A stretch of 64,000 nucleotides of DNA from Macrostomum hystrix (lineage: Eukaryota > Animalia > Platyhelminthes), in assembly GCA_950097015.1 (NCBI GenBank), contig CATNEN010000039.1, forward strand, positions 3,286,001 through 3,350,000. The letters run 5' to 3'. The translations under genes were made by a program, and so were the position numbers. Shown here in pieces: positions 37,501 to 48,123 of the stretch. Each line of letters begins with the position of its first letter. Position 1 is the first letter of the stretch. The notes beneath the pieces are model-generated. The model saw nothing but the letters and a program-made list of their open reading frames with translations, made no database searches and was not told where the DNA came from.

Positions 37501-40500
37501 GATCGACGCCAACCGGCGCATCCGCGAGCAGGAGGAGGCGCTGGACGCGCAGAAGCGCGAAATCTTCGAGCTGAAGCGACAGCTGGCCGAGGAGGGCCGG
37601 GCGCGCGAGGCCGTCGAGAAGAGCAACGAGGAGCTGAGGAAGAAGGTGAGGCTGTGTGGGCTGGAGGATGGAGTGGCAGACAGCTGGATAGAGTGGCAGA
37701 TAGATGGATAGAGTAGCAGATAGATGGATTGATTGGTAGATAGATGGATAGAGTGGCAGATAGATGGATAGAGTGGCAGATAGATGAATAGAGTGGCAGA
37801 TAGATGGATAGAGTGGCAGATAGATGGATTAATTGGCAGATAGATATGGCAGATAGATGGATAAAATCGCAGATAGATGGATAAAATCGCAGATAGATGG
37901 ATAGAGTGGCAGATAGATGGATTGATTGGCAGATAGATATGGCAGATAGATGGATAAAATCGCAGATAGATGGATAGAGTGGCAGATAGATGGATAAAAT
38001 CGCAGATAGAGAGTCAGAAAGAAGGGTGTCGAGCGATTCTGAGCGCTGACAGTGTCCCCCATTCCGCTGGCAGGTCAAGGAGGTCGAGGCAGAGCGCATC
38101 GAGCGGGACCGCGTCATCGCCGAGCAGAAGCAGCGCATCGGAGTCCTGGAGGAGCAGAAGGCGGCCCTGGGCAAGGAGGTGGCCGACCTGCGCGGCAACC
38201 TGCGCGAAGTAGAGAAGGCCCGGGTCGACGCCAAGCGCGAGCTGCAGGAGCTGCGCCGCCAGGTGAAGATGCTGGACACCGAGCGCGGCAAGCTGTGCAA
38301 GGAGGTCTGCGACCTGCAGTCCCGGGTGGCCCACGACGAGGAGAAGGACGAGGAGAACCGGCGGGAGAACTTCGGACTCAAGCAGAAGGTGAGGAGAGCT
38401 TTGAGTTACGTGACTTCTGTTTCAACTTCCTAAGTGCATCGTTTTGAGTTAATTAGCTCTGCATTAGGGTGATTTTCTCACCTGTCAATCAATCATTATT
38501 TTGTTCTCAAATTATCAACTAGCCATGATAATTTCAAGCGATCTTCTACTGAAAATTAAAGAATTTAATTGAAGACTAAATTTGATTGACACCTGGCCTT
38601 GCCTCACGGCAACCCAACCTGGTCAGCTGGGAAATTTGTTTAATTTATTTCAGTCGACTGGCATACTAAGTTTGCGGCGCAGGCATATCTGATTCTGAAC
38701 TTTCCGTTTTTGAATTATGAATTAGGTTATTTTTCGTTAAAATTTAATCATTATTCAAATTCAAATTTTACAAAAACCTGTTCAAGCCTTTTTTCATCAA
38801 CCCGCTACTTTAGGGCCCTACTTTTTCACGCCTTACCCTCACTTCTTCAGGCTTTAGCCCCACTTCTTCAAGCTTTATCCCTACTTCTTCAGGCTTTATC
38901 CCCACTTCTTCAGGCTTTATCCCTACTTCTTCAGGCTTTATCCCCACTTCTTCAAGCTTTATCCCTACTTCTTCAGGCTTTACCCCCACTTCTTCAGGCT
39001 TTATCCCTACTTCTTCAGGCTTTATCCCCACTTCTTCAGGCTTTACCCCCACTTCTTCAGGGCTCACCCCCACTTCTTCAGGCTTTACCCCCACTTCTTC
39101 AGGGCTCACCCCCACTTCCTCAGGCTTTTACCCCCCACTCTTCAGGCCTTGCCGCCGCTTCTTGATGCTTTCTAACGCCTCATCCAAACGCGCCGCCCAG
39201 GTCGTGGAGACGGAGGCCTCCCGTGAGGCCCTTCGCAAGGAGTTGGGCAACTCGAAGCGGCGCGAGGCCGAGCTAGAGGAAGAGCTGCGCAGCAAGCAGC
39301 GCGACTTCGCCCTGGCCATGGAGGACGCCCGCAAGGAGCTCCGAAAACTCGACGATCTTCGCAGCGGCCTGGAGCTTCGCCTAGAAGAGGCCGGCGCCGA
39401 GATCAACGAGCTCCGCCAGGCCCTGGGCGGCGCCGAGGGTCGCGTCAACGCCCTGGAGACCACGCTGGCCCGCACCGACTCGGTCAAGAAGGAGCTGGAG
39501 TACAAGCTGGCCAGCATTCACTCGTCTATGCGCCGCCTCATCGGCTTCCGTCAGGACAATCCGCGGTCACCGAGCCCGCTCCGCCAGCGGTCGCCGAGCC
39601 CGGCTAGGCGCAGCCGACCAAACAGCCCCACCAAGGGTAGGTCCAGCGACCTGCAGCAGCAGCAACAGCAGCAGCACTATTCAGCTGGCTCCCTGCGTAA
39701 ACCAACTTCGCTGCTTAACCTGCACCGGGCTAGGGCCGGTACTAACGCTAACAGCCCTCAGCAGCAGCAGCAGCAGCAGCAGCAGCACCGATTCTCAGCC
39801 GCTGCAGGCAATGGCTATGTTAGGCGCACTCTAACCAGCTCCTCGTTGAGCCTTAACGAAGCTAACGTAGCCTACAAGGGTAAATCCCATTAATCCGGAT
39901 GCTAATCTCCAACTTTAATACTTTAATTGTGTTATCGCAACACAGTTTTGTTAACATCCAAGATGGCAGTTATAAAATGAGGCTTTTATGGCACCAAGTC
40001 TAGTTTACAAGTTTCATTTTAGTATCTGGGCGCAAGGTTTTAAAACATCTGTCTTTCTCAGCCGTCTCAATCTTCTCTTCTCAACGTGTGTGTGTGTGTG
40101 TGTGTGTTTAACGGTTGCCAGTAGCGACCGGAACAGAAGGAGCTAGTTAAAACTGAGTAGATGGGGCTCAACAGACGGGGGGCTTGCTTTGGCTAGCCTT
40201 GAATAGTGGAGTGAGGAAGGCGGCTGGTTGTCTTTGCTCTCCGCACAGACTGCTTTGATAAATTGTCTTTCGTTGGCGAACTGGCAAAAAGACTGCAGCA
40301 AATTTTCTCACACGGCGAGCTCGCATTGAGCAGATTTTGAGCTCAAACTCTGCGCTACACAATAGAAGAATTGATAATTAAAAAACAGACAGAAGGCTGC
40401 GCCACTGTGTTAGCAAGTGAGAACAAACTCACCTGATTATTCTCTGAATCTAACCGTTTGTCTACTCGTATTTTGTTAGATTCAACAGAAATTTTGTTAT

Positions 40501-43500
40501 TAACAAATCTAATCAATTTAATCAGTATTGCGCATTTAGCCTACTTAATATAAGTAGTTCCGCAGCAAATCTATATCATATTATTTTTTACCTGAAAACA
40601 GGTGACAGCTCGCCGCAATCCAGCCAGTCCCGCCTCATCTCGGACTGTTTAGAATATGAATTTCTAGCTCTACCAGAGCTGTTGTGACTCTATTTGAGTG
40701 TTGAATGACGATTGCGAATTGCATGACCTTCCCGAGAGCTGCTTGCGAGAGAAGTCTAAGGAGTGTAAAATGAGCTGCTATTCTATTCCACTATGGCATG
40801 CTCTGTTTTAGGCGTAATTTGCGATTTTTCAAGTCTGTCAGTTTTTCTGATGCTATGTTAAATCGCATGCTGGGCTTATGTTTCAAATTTGATAGTCATT
40901 ATAAGAAGCCACCGAACCAGTAAATAGTAATTGGCTCATGGACTTCCGTTTTGTGCTCATTTATCTATATTCACCTCAATATTTGTAGGCTTTTATTATT
41001 AAAACACGCAAAACTGTCTTAACTTATAAAAAAGTCGTAAATTGCTCACCTTGCCAACTATCAGTAGACTAACTTGCACTGATCTATTAATTTTTTTTCA
41101 AGGCTTCGACGGCACGCAGCCGTTTGCCACCACAGCCGAAGGCCGCGGCTCCCCGATCCCGCGCTCCGGCTCACCCGTTGGCAGAGGCCGCTCGCCCTTC
41201 CGATCCGGCTCGCCAAGCCGCGGCGGCGAAATTGTCAACGCTTGCGACATCGATCCCGAAGCTGTCCGTCTGGCCCTGCGCGACTTTGTCCAGCAGCTGG
41301 TCAACACGGAGCGCGAGCGTGACGACGCCATGGCCGCCGCCCGCTCACTGGAGCAGCGCGTCGCCGAGATGGAAGACGCCGCCCAGCGCAACGAGCAACG
41401 CATTCAGCAGCTCCACCGCAACCTGTGCGAGACTGAGGAGGACAAGAAGGGCATCGACGGCCGGCTGGCCAGCGCCCAGACGGCCCTCATGCTCCAGGAG
41501 GAGACCATCCGGCGCAACGAGCGCGAGAAGAAGGCCCTCGGAGACAAGATGTCCGCCCTGGAGCGACAGATTTCCGGCCTGGAGACTGAGAAGCGTCAGC
41601 TGCAGGTTGGCTGCTTGTTTTTGCTATAGCATATCTACGTCTATGGTTTTTGCTTTTTTATTTGGTGTTCTCTCCTACTACTTTTTGGTCCCGTCATTCA
41701 GTAGCTTTCATGCGCATAAATGCTGTTATTTAGAATTAATTGCAGGAGAAAATTCTCATTGCAGGAGAAACTCAACAAGATGAAGCAGCACGACGCCCGC
41801 CAAGAGGAGGACAAGAAGAACCTAAAGCGCGCCCTGGACGACGTCGAGAATCGATGCACCCAGCTGGAGCTGACTAAGCGGGCCCTGGAGGGCGACCTGC
41901 AGCGCATGCGCCTAGCTCTGGGCGACAAGGACGCGGAGAACCAGGTCCTGCACGACCGCGTGGACAACCTCAATAAGCAGATTGCCGATCTGGAGTCCAA
42001 GGCGCAGTCCCTGCAGCTCACCATCGAGCGCCTGAGCGTCTCTCTGGCCAAGACTGAGGAGGACGGCAGCCAGCAGAAGGACCGGGTGCAGCAGCTTAAC
42101 TGCTCCGTGTCTGACATGGCCAACACAATCGACAGCCTGCAGGAGCGGGTCAGCCAGCTGCAGAAGGCCCTGACTAGCTCCGAGCACGATAGGCGCGTTC
42201 TGCAGGAGCGCCTTGACAATACTCACGCGGCGCTTAATGAGGCCAAGCACCAGAACCACCAGCTGATGGAGAGGCTGCAATCTGTGCAGGTATAGTTCAT
42301 GTCTTTTATATAATCGCTTTGGCTTTTTGAGGTACCCGTCATTGTGATCCGCTGCCTTTAGTAGTATGATGGGACGAGTTTAATCATCAACAATTTAAAT
42401 ATTTTCTTTGAAAATAGGCCGAACTCTCCGACAGCGAGCTGCGCCGCAACGATCTAGACAGCGCCAATCGCCAGTCGGCGGCCCTGCTAGCCCAGAAGCA
42501 GGAGGCTGAGCACGAGCTCACACAGAAGCTGAACAAGGCCGGTCAAGAGCGAGCGGCCCTGCAGGAGCGGCTGACCAGCCTTCAGCGCGCTCTGGCGGGA
42601 ATGGAGAACGACAAGAAGGAGGTGGAGAAGTCCGCCAGCCGGCTTGAGAAGGATAAAACTGCGCTGAAGAAGACGCTGGACAAGGTAGGCGAATGAAAAC
42701 AAATTTAAACAAATCTAAAATATTTGTTTTGAGAAGAGAATATCTAAGAGAAGTATTAAGAGAAGATCGTCTCTTCCAGTTAAAAAGCAAAAAAATTCTA
42801 AGAATAAAAAGGTTTTGACATGTTCCCTCTAACTACTGAGTTTACGATGACGTCATTAGTAGTTTGTTATAAATTTTTTGTAACATTTAAATACCAAATG
42901 TTACTATATAACATTACGTGCATAGTTTACGTGCTTGCACAATAAGTATAGTATTGCCTGTTGTACAAATAATTTCCAGTAAGTGTCCATTTTTTCTCCC
43001 TTCGCACCTTACTCGCACCATTTCTCATTAAGCCCCGCAAGAGGTCCAGTTGCTATAAAACTGAGTCGCACTGCGTGGTGCCCTGCCGCCATTGCGGCGG
43101 CCTGGTGCTGCTGGTGCGCCAGCTCAGCCGGGAGCTCGGCGAGCGGACGGAATTCTCCAGCGAACAGTCGCTGCCTAGCATTTTTGATTGTACGATTAAA
43201 TAACTAACGAATGTGGCTTGTAAACACACAAACCGTTCTATTCAAGGATTCAAATACTGTTTAATTTCTCAAGCGCTCACACCTATTATACAATTCAAGT
43301 TTTTTGTTACGGGCGGAATAGGCCAAACTATTTTATTTTTTATTTTCGTTTTACGACCTGAAGAACAGGTTTTTTATAAAGAGAAAACTTTTTATTTCAC
43401 ACTTATTTGTCTTTTCACATTTTTCGTTACAATGTGTTTTCGTCTACTATTAGTAGACTAGTGAAGCAAACTCATGACAAAATTATTCGCTACTCCGCAG

Positions 43501-44399
43501 GTGGAGCGGGAGCGCATTCGCACAGAGGAGATGGCCTCGAAGTCGGCTTTTGCTCGCGGCGAGCTAGACTCCGCCATGCGTCGGCTGGAGGAGGAGAACG
43601 AAGCCCTTCAGCGCCAGGTGCAGGCCCTTCAGAGCCATTTGGCGGAGGCCGAGGCGGCCCATTCGCAGCGCCTGATGGATCTGGGCGCCAAGCATCGCGA
43701 AGAGACTGACATGGAGCTGGAGAGGATGAAGGCTGGCCAGCTGGCCGCCGAGCGGACCCTGGATAACCGAGAGCGGCTGCACAGGCAGCGGGTCAAGGGG
43801 CTGGAGGAGCAGGTGATTGTCTCCAACTTTTATCAGAGATTTTTTATCAGCGAGTTAAAGCGAAAAATCGGATAGAAAGGTAATAGAATAACTAAGAAAA
43901 AATATGTGGAGTGGGTTTCGAACTTACGACCTCGCGGTCACGAGTCAAACGCGCTATCACACCAGGCTGAATAAATAATTGAGTAGTAGACGTAGCATTT
44001 TATGGCTATTTCTGATAAAAAGCGGAAAATGTTTCTCTCTCAACGCAGATCGCCACGCTGAAGGACCAGCTGGCTCAGGAGGTTCGCCGCAGGAACCAGT
44101 TCCTGTCCAAGTCCGCCCGCGGCGCCGCCGGCGACCTCTCTGACATCCGCAGCATCCTGGACTCCTCGCTTGGCGCCGTCAGCCGCGATCCCGGCCTAGA
44201 CGCCGCCCTATTCGACGCCGAGTCGCGCCGCCTAGACGAGGCCCTGGACTTGCACAATGCCTTCCCTGGCAAGCGGGCCGGGTCCCCCTCCCGTCTTGGC
44301 GGCGGCGTCCCGCTGCGCTCCGCCACGCCGTCCGGCCGGCCCAGCGGAATCCGCCTGAGCGGCCGTGGCCCCAGCCTGAAATCCTCGCTCAAGAAGTGA
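13586..44399 (+). CDS. CROCC: Rootletin (ciliary rootlet coiled-coil protein). Predicted exons: 13586-13933, 25515-25682, (26608-26691 or 27035-27112), 27590-27702, 31219-31861, 32174-32434, 32712-32939, 33671-34676, 35246-35415, 36853-37104, 37229-37645, 38074-38388, 39201-39636, 41103-41605, 41765-42289, 42418-42684, 43501-43812, 44049-44399
   Basis: Recognisable rootletin segments: ITRNL..LRQELNRLED..RAERDQLSIRY, YKRKLATYQEGQQRQAQLVQKLQAK, DLESALIRLEEEQQRSASLAHVNAMLREQLDQA, DIDPEAVRLALRDFVQQL..ERERDD, RERLHRQRVKGLEEQI; GT-AG junctions are phase-compatible throughout. A small exon between 13933 and 25515 may have been missed. Confidence 0.93.
14937..15375. repeat. 24-bp minisatellite (AAGAATCGCAGCAAGAACAGTTTT)
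   Basis: Visible tandem array in the first rootletin intron. Confidence 0.95.
15930..16880. repeat. Degenerate ~18-bp satellite (ATCTCTTGAGTCTCATCT) interrupted by a solo LTR
   Basis: Repeated TTGAGTCTCAT units on both sides of 16339-16715. Confidence 0.85.
16339..16715 (-). mobile_element. Solo LTR (377 bp) with 5-bp target-site duplication TCTTA
   Basis: TGTC...GACA termini; TCTTA at 16334-16338 and 16716-16720; internal TATA-like and CCAAT motifs. Orientation is tentative. Confidence 0.8.
17700..19720. repeat. 20-bp minisatellite (GTAAGTAGGATAGATGGTGA), about 2 kb
   Basis: Visible tandem array; the 549-571 aa minus-strand ORFs are repeat translations. Confidence 0.97.
21315..21635 (+). 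mobile_element. tRNA-derived SINE (family A), full length
   Basis: GGGGTCAGTGGCAGAGC A-box, GAGCTCGATTCC B-box, internal hairpin CTGCCTGACGATGAGAAAGTCAGGGCAG, ATT-rich tail; homologous to 34801-35133 and 48907-49271. Confidence 0.85.
23843..23856. promoter_or_regulatory. RFX X-box (GTTGCCATGACAAC)
   Basis: One mismatch from the palindromic X-box GTTGCCATGGCAAC, inside a ciliary gene and upstream of a candidate alternative first exon at 24561. Confidence 0.65.
25153..25165. promoter_or_regulatory. RFX X-box-like site (GTTGCCAAGCAAC)
   Basis: Inverted GTTGC/GCAAC half-sites about 350 bp upstream of the first shared rootletin exon. Confidence 0.45.
25780..26360. repeat. 25-bp minisatellite (TCTATTCTCCCATTCTCACCTGTCA)
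   Basis: Visible tandem array. Confidence 0.95.
27873..29980. repeat. 20-21 bp minisatellite (CTGTTCCGCCCTCTCCCATTT), about 2.1 kb
   Basis: Visible tandem array; all long ORFs here are repeat translations. Confidence 0.97.
30760..31158. repeat. Pyrimidine-rich ~17-bp satellite (TGTCTCATCTCTCTCC) ending in an inverted copy
   Basis: 31078-31158 is the near reverse complement of 30908-31021. Confidence 0.85.
33090..33545. repeat. 15-bp minisatellite (TGAGATAGAAGGGG-type)
   Basis: Visible tandem array. Confidence 0.9.
34801..35133 (-). mobile_element. tRNA-derived SINE (family A)
   Basis: Reverse-complement homologue of 21315-21635. A short fragment of the same family lies at about 32590-32640. 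Confidence 0.85.
35520..36695. repeat. Composite minisatellite: GTAGATAGAACAGACAAGCAGAG (23 bp) then GTAGATAGAATACACAAGAAGGACACAG (28 bp)
   Basis: Visible tandem arrays. Confidence 0.95.
37670..38010. repeat. 20-bp minisatellite (GATAGATGGATAGAGTGGCA)
   Basis: Visible tandem array filling most of a rootletin intron. Confidence 0.92.
38835..39147. repeat. 21-bp minisatellite (TTCTTCAGGCTTTATCCCCAC)
   Basis: Visible tandem array. Confidence 0.92.
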
Positions 44400-46698
44400 A
44401 GACAGAATGCGAACTGTTAGCAGTGTCCGCCTGTGTAACATTGAGACTTTGTTGTTTCCTCGGCCCTCAAAAACTTCGTCTGCTTCTCTTTCTTCTTCTT
44501 TTGTTTAAACTAATTCTGGCAAAAATCTGTTGCCAGGCAACACCGAAAATTACTTTCTTCTGTCTATGGCCCAAACCCATTCCAGTTTCCTCGGTCCGCC
44601 GGCCTCATCTCCGCTTCGCCTCACTAATCTAGTAAATGCATCCATACTACTCGAAAGAGTAGGCTAGGCCAATTTTTTGTCCGTCCGAACTAGGTTTCGA
44701 ATTTTACGCTTCGCTCATTTCTTTCAGCTCATTCACTGGCGAGGTTTTTATCCTGCTGTTTTCTGTTTGTTAATCGTTCGGCTGTGTTGATTAAAGAAAA
44801 AAATTATTTTCCAGCCTCATCCGTCTTGTTCATTACGTCATCCGTGTCATTTAGCCTCTTGGTTTTTGTCCACCCTGCACTGCACCAAACACCCGCTAAT
44901 CTGTCAACTTAAATTTCGATCCCTCCGCGCAGTTCATGCTACTCACCTTTGGTTGTTAGCAGTAGTAGCAAATGTGAGTTTTTCCTATTTTTAGCAAACA
45001 GTTTCTGATCCTGGGGCAAGAATTGAGACTGTTTCGTTTAACGCGACAATTTTCGAGGTTCGCTGTTCGATTTATTTTCGATGATGATTTTGTCAGTTTG
45101 CACCCGAATTATTTCGCCCTTCTCAAAATCAGCCAGCTTCAGCAAGCGACTAACCCAAAACCGCTGGCAGGTTCTCGTTGTAGCGTTAATTATCTTCTTT
45201 TCAACAAATCATTGCTGCTGCTGCTGCTGTTGCTGCTGTTTCCCAATGCTTTCGCTCCCCGCCATAATCGGTCTATTCAGTTCTAAGTCGCTCGTCGGAG
45301 GTCTGGAGAACAGCATTGGCATGAGAATTGCTCATTTTAGCTGAGATGTTCAAGGTAAAATGGCAAATCAACATAGGAAATTAAGAACTCACGACAGCAG
45401 TGACTCCGGCGCCCCGAAAGGCTGAATTAAAAAGTTGAGCGATGAACAAAGAGTGAATGAATTGCTTGTTTTCTAAATAGTCATTCATCCACGGCCCGTT
45501 AACAGTGTACCACTCTGCCTATGCCGAATTAAAACGAATTGTTTTTTAATCTTCATATTCTAGCTATTTTGTTTGTCTACACTATAAAGTCTAATAAATA
45601 GATGAATAGACAGATTGTTAATTAAGTATTACCTACAGAGCCTAATAAATACTAGTTACTATTGTAATTAGTCCAGATATTATTATTGTAGATCGAATAG
45701 AAATTCAATTAGGATAAATCTATTTTATCTCTATAATTTTCCTATTTTTTTGCCTAAAAGCTATATTTTTCCGGACCCTGTTTGCTTACTAGCTGTTTAT
45801 TTAATTATTATTACTATTCCTATTATTACTAATTTTATTATTATTAGTCGTTTAGAAGATACAAAACGTTGCGCGCACTTTTAGTTTTGGTTTTTAGTAT
45901 TCTGGCTAATCGTCCCCTTATTATTCATAGAGATAGAACTGAGATTTTCCGGCTGTGCTGTGATAACTAACTCTAGCTGACTCAAGCCTGTATCTCCTAC
46001 TCTTTTGCTACTGTTAGTAGTGCTGTCTAGCGCACACGTCCCGCTCTCTGCCGCACTCTGTCCAACCCCTGTAAGGTCAGCTGCCCTGTTCATTCGCTAA
46101 TTTTATACTAAAACGGAGATTTTGTCAAAGCTTTTTTTAGTTAGAAGTAAAAAATACAAAAGCTACATATTTGCTCTATACACATATATTTTACTACTTT
46201 CTCTCTCTGTTTCTAAAACTACCTTAAAATATGGCTTGTTTAATTTGTTTTTATTGTTGAAGTTAATTTTACTCGTGAAAATAATCGGCTGGATGCTTAG
46301 GTAGAGAGTTAGTGACTTTGACACGCGACAAAGGCATGCACTCATAAGAATGACCTTGGGGGAATCACTTGGCCGTTTCCATTGACTAAACACGCGTCAC
46401 GTGACGGCCGTTTTGTCCAAAAGCGGCACCCATTGCATATTTTGAACACGTCAAAAAGTGTTACGATGATTCAGTATCCGTTGTCCAAGTTAAGTGACGA
46501 CGATGCTTTTAGGCACACCTTAGACGCTTCAACGATGAGTCAAAAGGTTCTTTCACAACTTTGAGATTTTCTTTCTTTGAAAGTTTATAGTGACCGGTGC
46601 TTTTCTGTGTCTAAAAAGTGCGGGTTTTAGTCTAGTGGTTAGAGCGTCGGACTTAGGACTTGAAGATTGAGTATAATAAATCAATATAAATAATAAAC

Positions 46699-47370
46699 TA
46701 TGTATCCCCCAGTTGTACTGGTGCAGTAGTCTATATTCTAATGGTTTATTTCGTTTATCTGCACCGGTGCAGATAAATGATTTATTTGCACCGGCACAGA
46801 GTGCAAATAATCGAGAACTTTATATTTTAAAATGAAATCGTTTCAACATGAAATTGTAACCATTTAACAGTTGCACTTGTGCATGTCGATGTCCGTCCAG
46901 ATGCACCACTGACGGCGATACACATGGCGCATGTGGTATTGTATTGACGAAAAGAAATCCTTTAATGTCCCAGCGGAGTAGCGACCGTTGCGCTTTGTCC
47001 TCGTACTCAAGAATGAAACTTTTCATTAGAAAGTTCAAATCGGACTTCGAGAACTAATCTGCGCCTTTCAGTACCATAAGCGAGGGTCCACCGTCGGAAC
47101 ACCAGAGCACTTTCTTCGCCGCATTTCTACTCTTGGAAAGTAGAAAACATCCAGCGACATTTCTTTAGCGTGTTTGTTGGAACCGTTCCTTCGATGAGTG
47201 AACTGACTTCTTCGTCAGTCAGATTGACAAATCTTTCGGTAGCCATTTTAACTAACTAGCTGTCTCTCTTCTTTTTACGAGCGCGTCTTTCATTTAGCGG
47301 TAATGCTAGTGTCTATGGCCATTTTTGCTTTTAACTTTGTAATTTATGCTATTCAACTGAGGGATACATA
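46699..47370 (-). mobile_element. TIR-bounded non-autonomous element with a decayed Crypton-like (DUF3504-associated) recombinase N-terminal fragment
   Basis: 17-bp inverted repeats TATGTATCCC(C/T)CAGTTG at 46699-46715 and 47354-47370; minus strand from ATG 47246 reads MATERFVNLTDEEVSSLIEGTVPTNTLKKCRWMFSTFQE*, then SKSDLNFLMKSFILE and, after a frameshift, KRNGRYSAGTLKDF. Confidence 0.6.
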
Positions 47371-47770
47371 TTCCCCACTTATGGCAATAAATGCACTCAA
47401 GCATTGACATATAACCAAGTGTGCGTAAACGTCTCAAGCTCGTGTATAGTTTATGGCCCAAAGGCCATCAAAGAAATAGATTGAAGTGTGCAGTAAATTC
47501 CGCAACTGTGCGGTAAATCTTGCCCACTTGATCTCCGTGCCATCCCTCTTCTGAGCTACTATGCAGTAAATCCCAGACGGGTATTGTCTATGGGCCGAAG
47601 GAGCTGGTCTTGCGCACACACACTTGGTCATAAATCAATGCACTTATGCTAGGCTTCCGAGTGCGTAAATAGTCTTGACCAGCGCACTCGTGCCATAGAC
47701 TATTTACGCACTAGGAAGCCTAGCATAAATCTACCATTTATTGCCCTAGCCCTGGCATAAATGGGGAATA
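47369..47770. mobile_element. MITE-like element with TIRs and an internal 32-bp palindrome
   Basis: TATTCCCCA(C/T)TTATG inverted at both ends; arms 47644-47675 and 47697-47728 are 31/32 complementary. Confidence 0.7.
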
Positions 47771-48123
47771 TATACCATTGATTTCCCGCTCGCCCGGGGC
47801 GATAAACGGAACTTTTTATCATAGACAACTCACAAACACAGGCATAACACAAACACAGAGCGGGCAAGTGAGGAATACATAACCATATTTTACATTTAGT
47901 TTCTTCCGTTCTTGTTTGAGTTTATGCCATAGACATCGACGTGTTGAATTAGCCGAATGAGCAGCAGCAGCGCCTGCCCCTAGTTATCTGACACATTTTT
48001 GTTATTTTTTTCTCGGAAACTTAGCTGTAAGTTAGTAGTCCGGTAGTATTTTAAGTTTTAGGCGTCTAAAAATTTGTCAGCTAAATAAGTAGGCTCATTA
48101 CTTACTGCTGCAATGCCAGCAAC

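Noticed and set aside
43908-43970. tRNA-like sequences here and at ~46622 and ~57425
   Set aside because: No complete cloverleaf; they look like decayed SINE heads rather than tRNA genes.
46123-46323. 8-bp inverted TGTCAAAG/CTTTGACA pair suggesting a small LTR or MITE
   Set aside because: No target-site duplication; too short to exclude chance.
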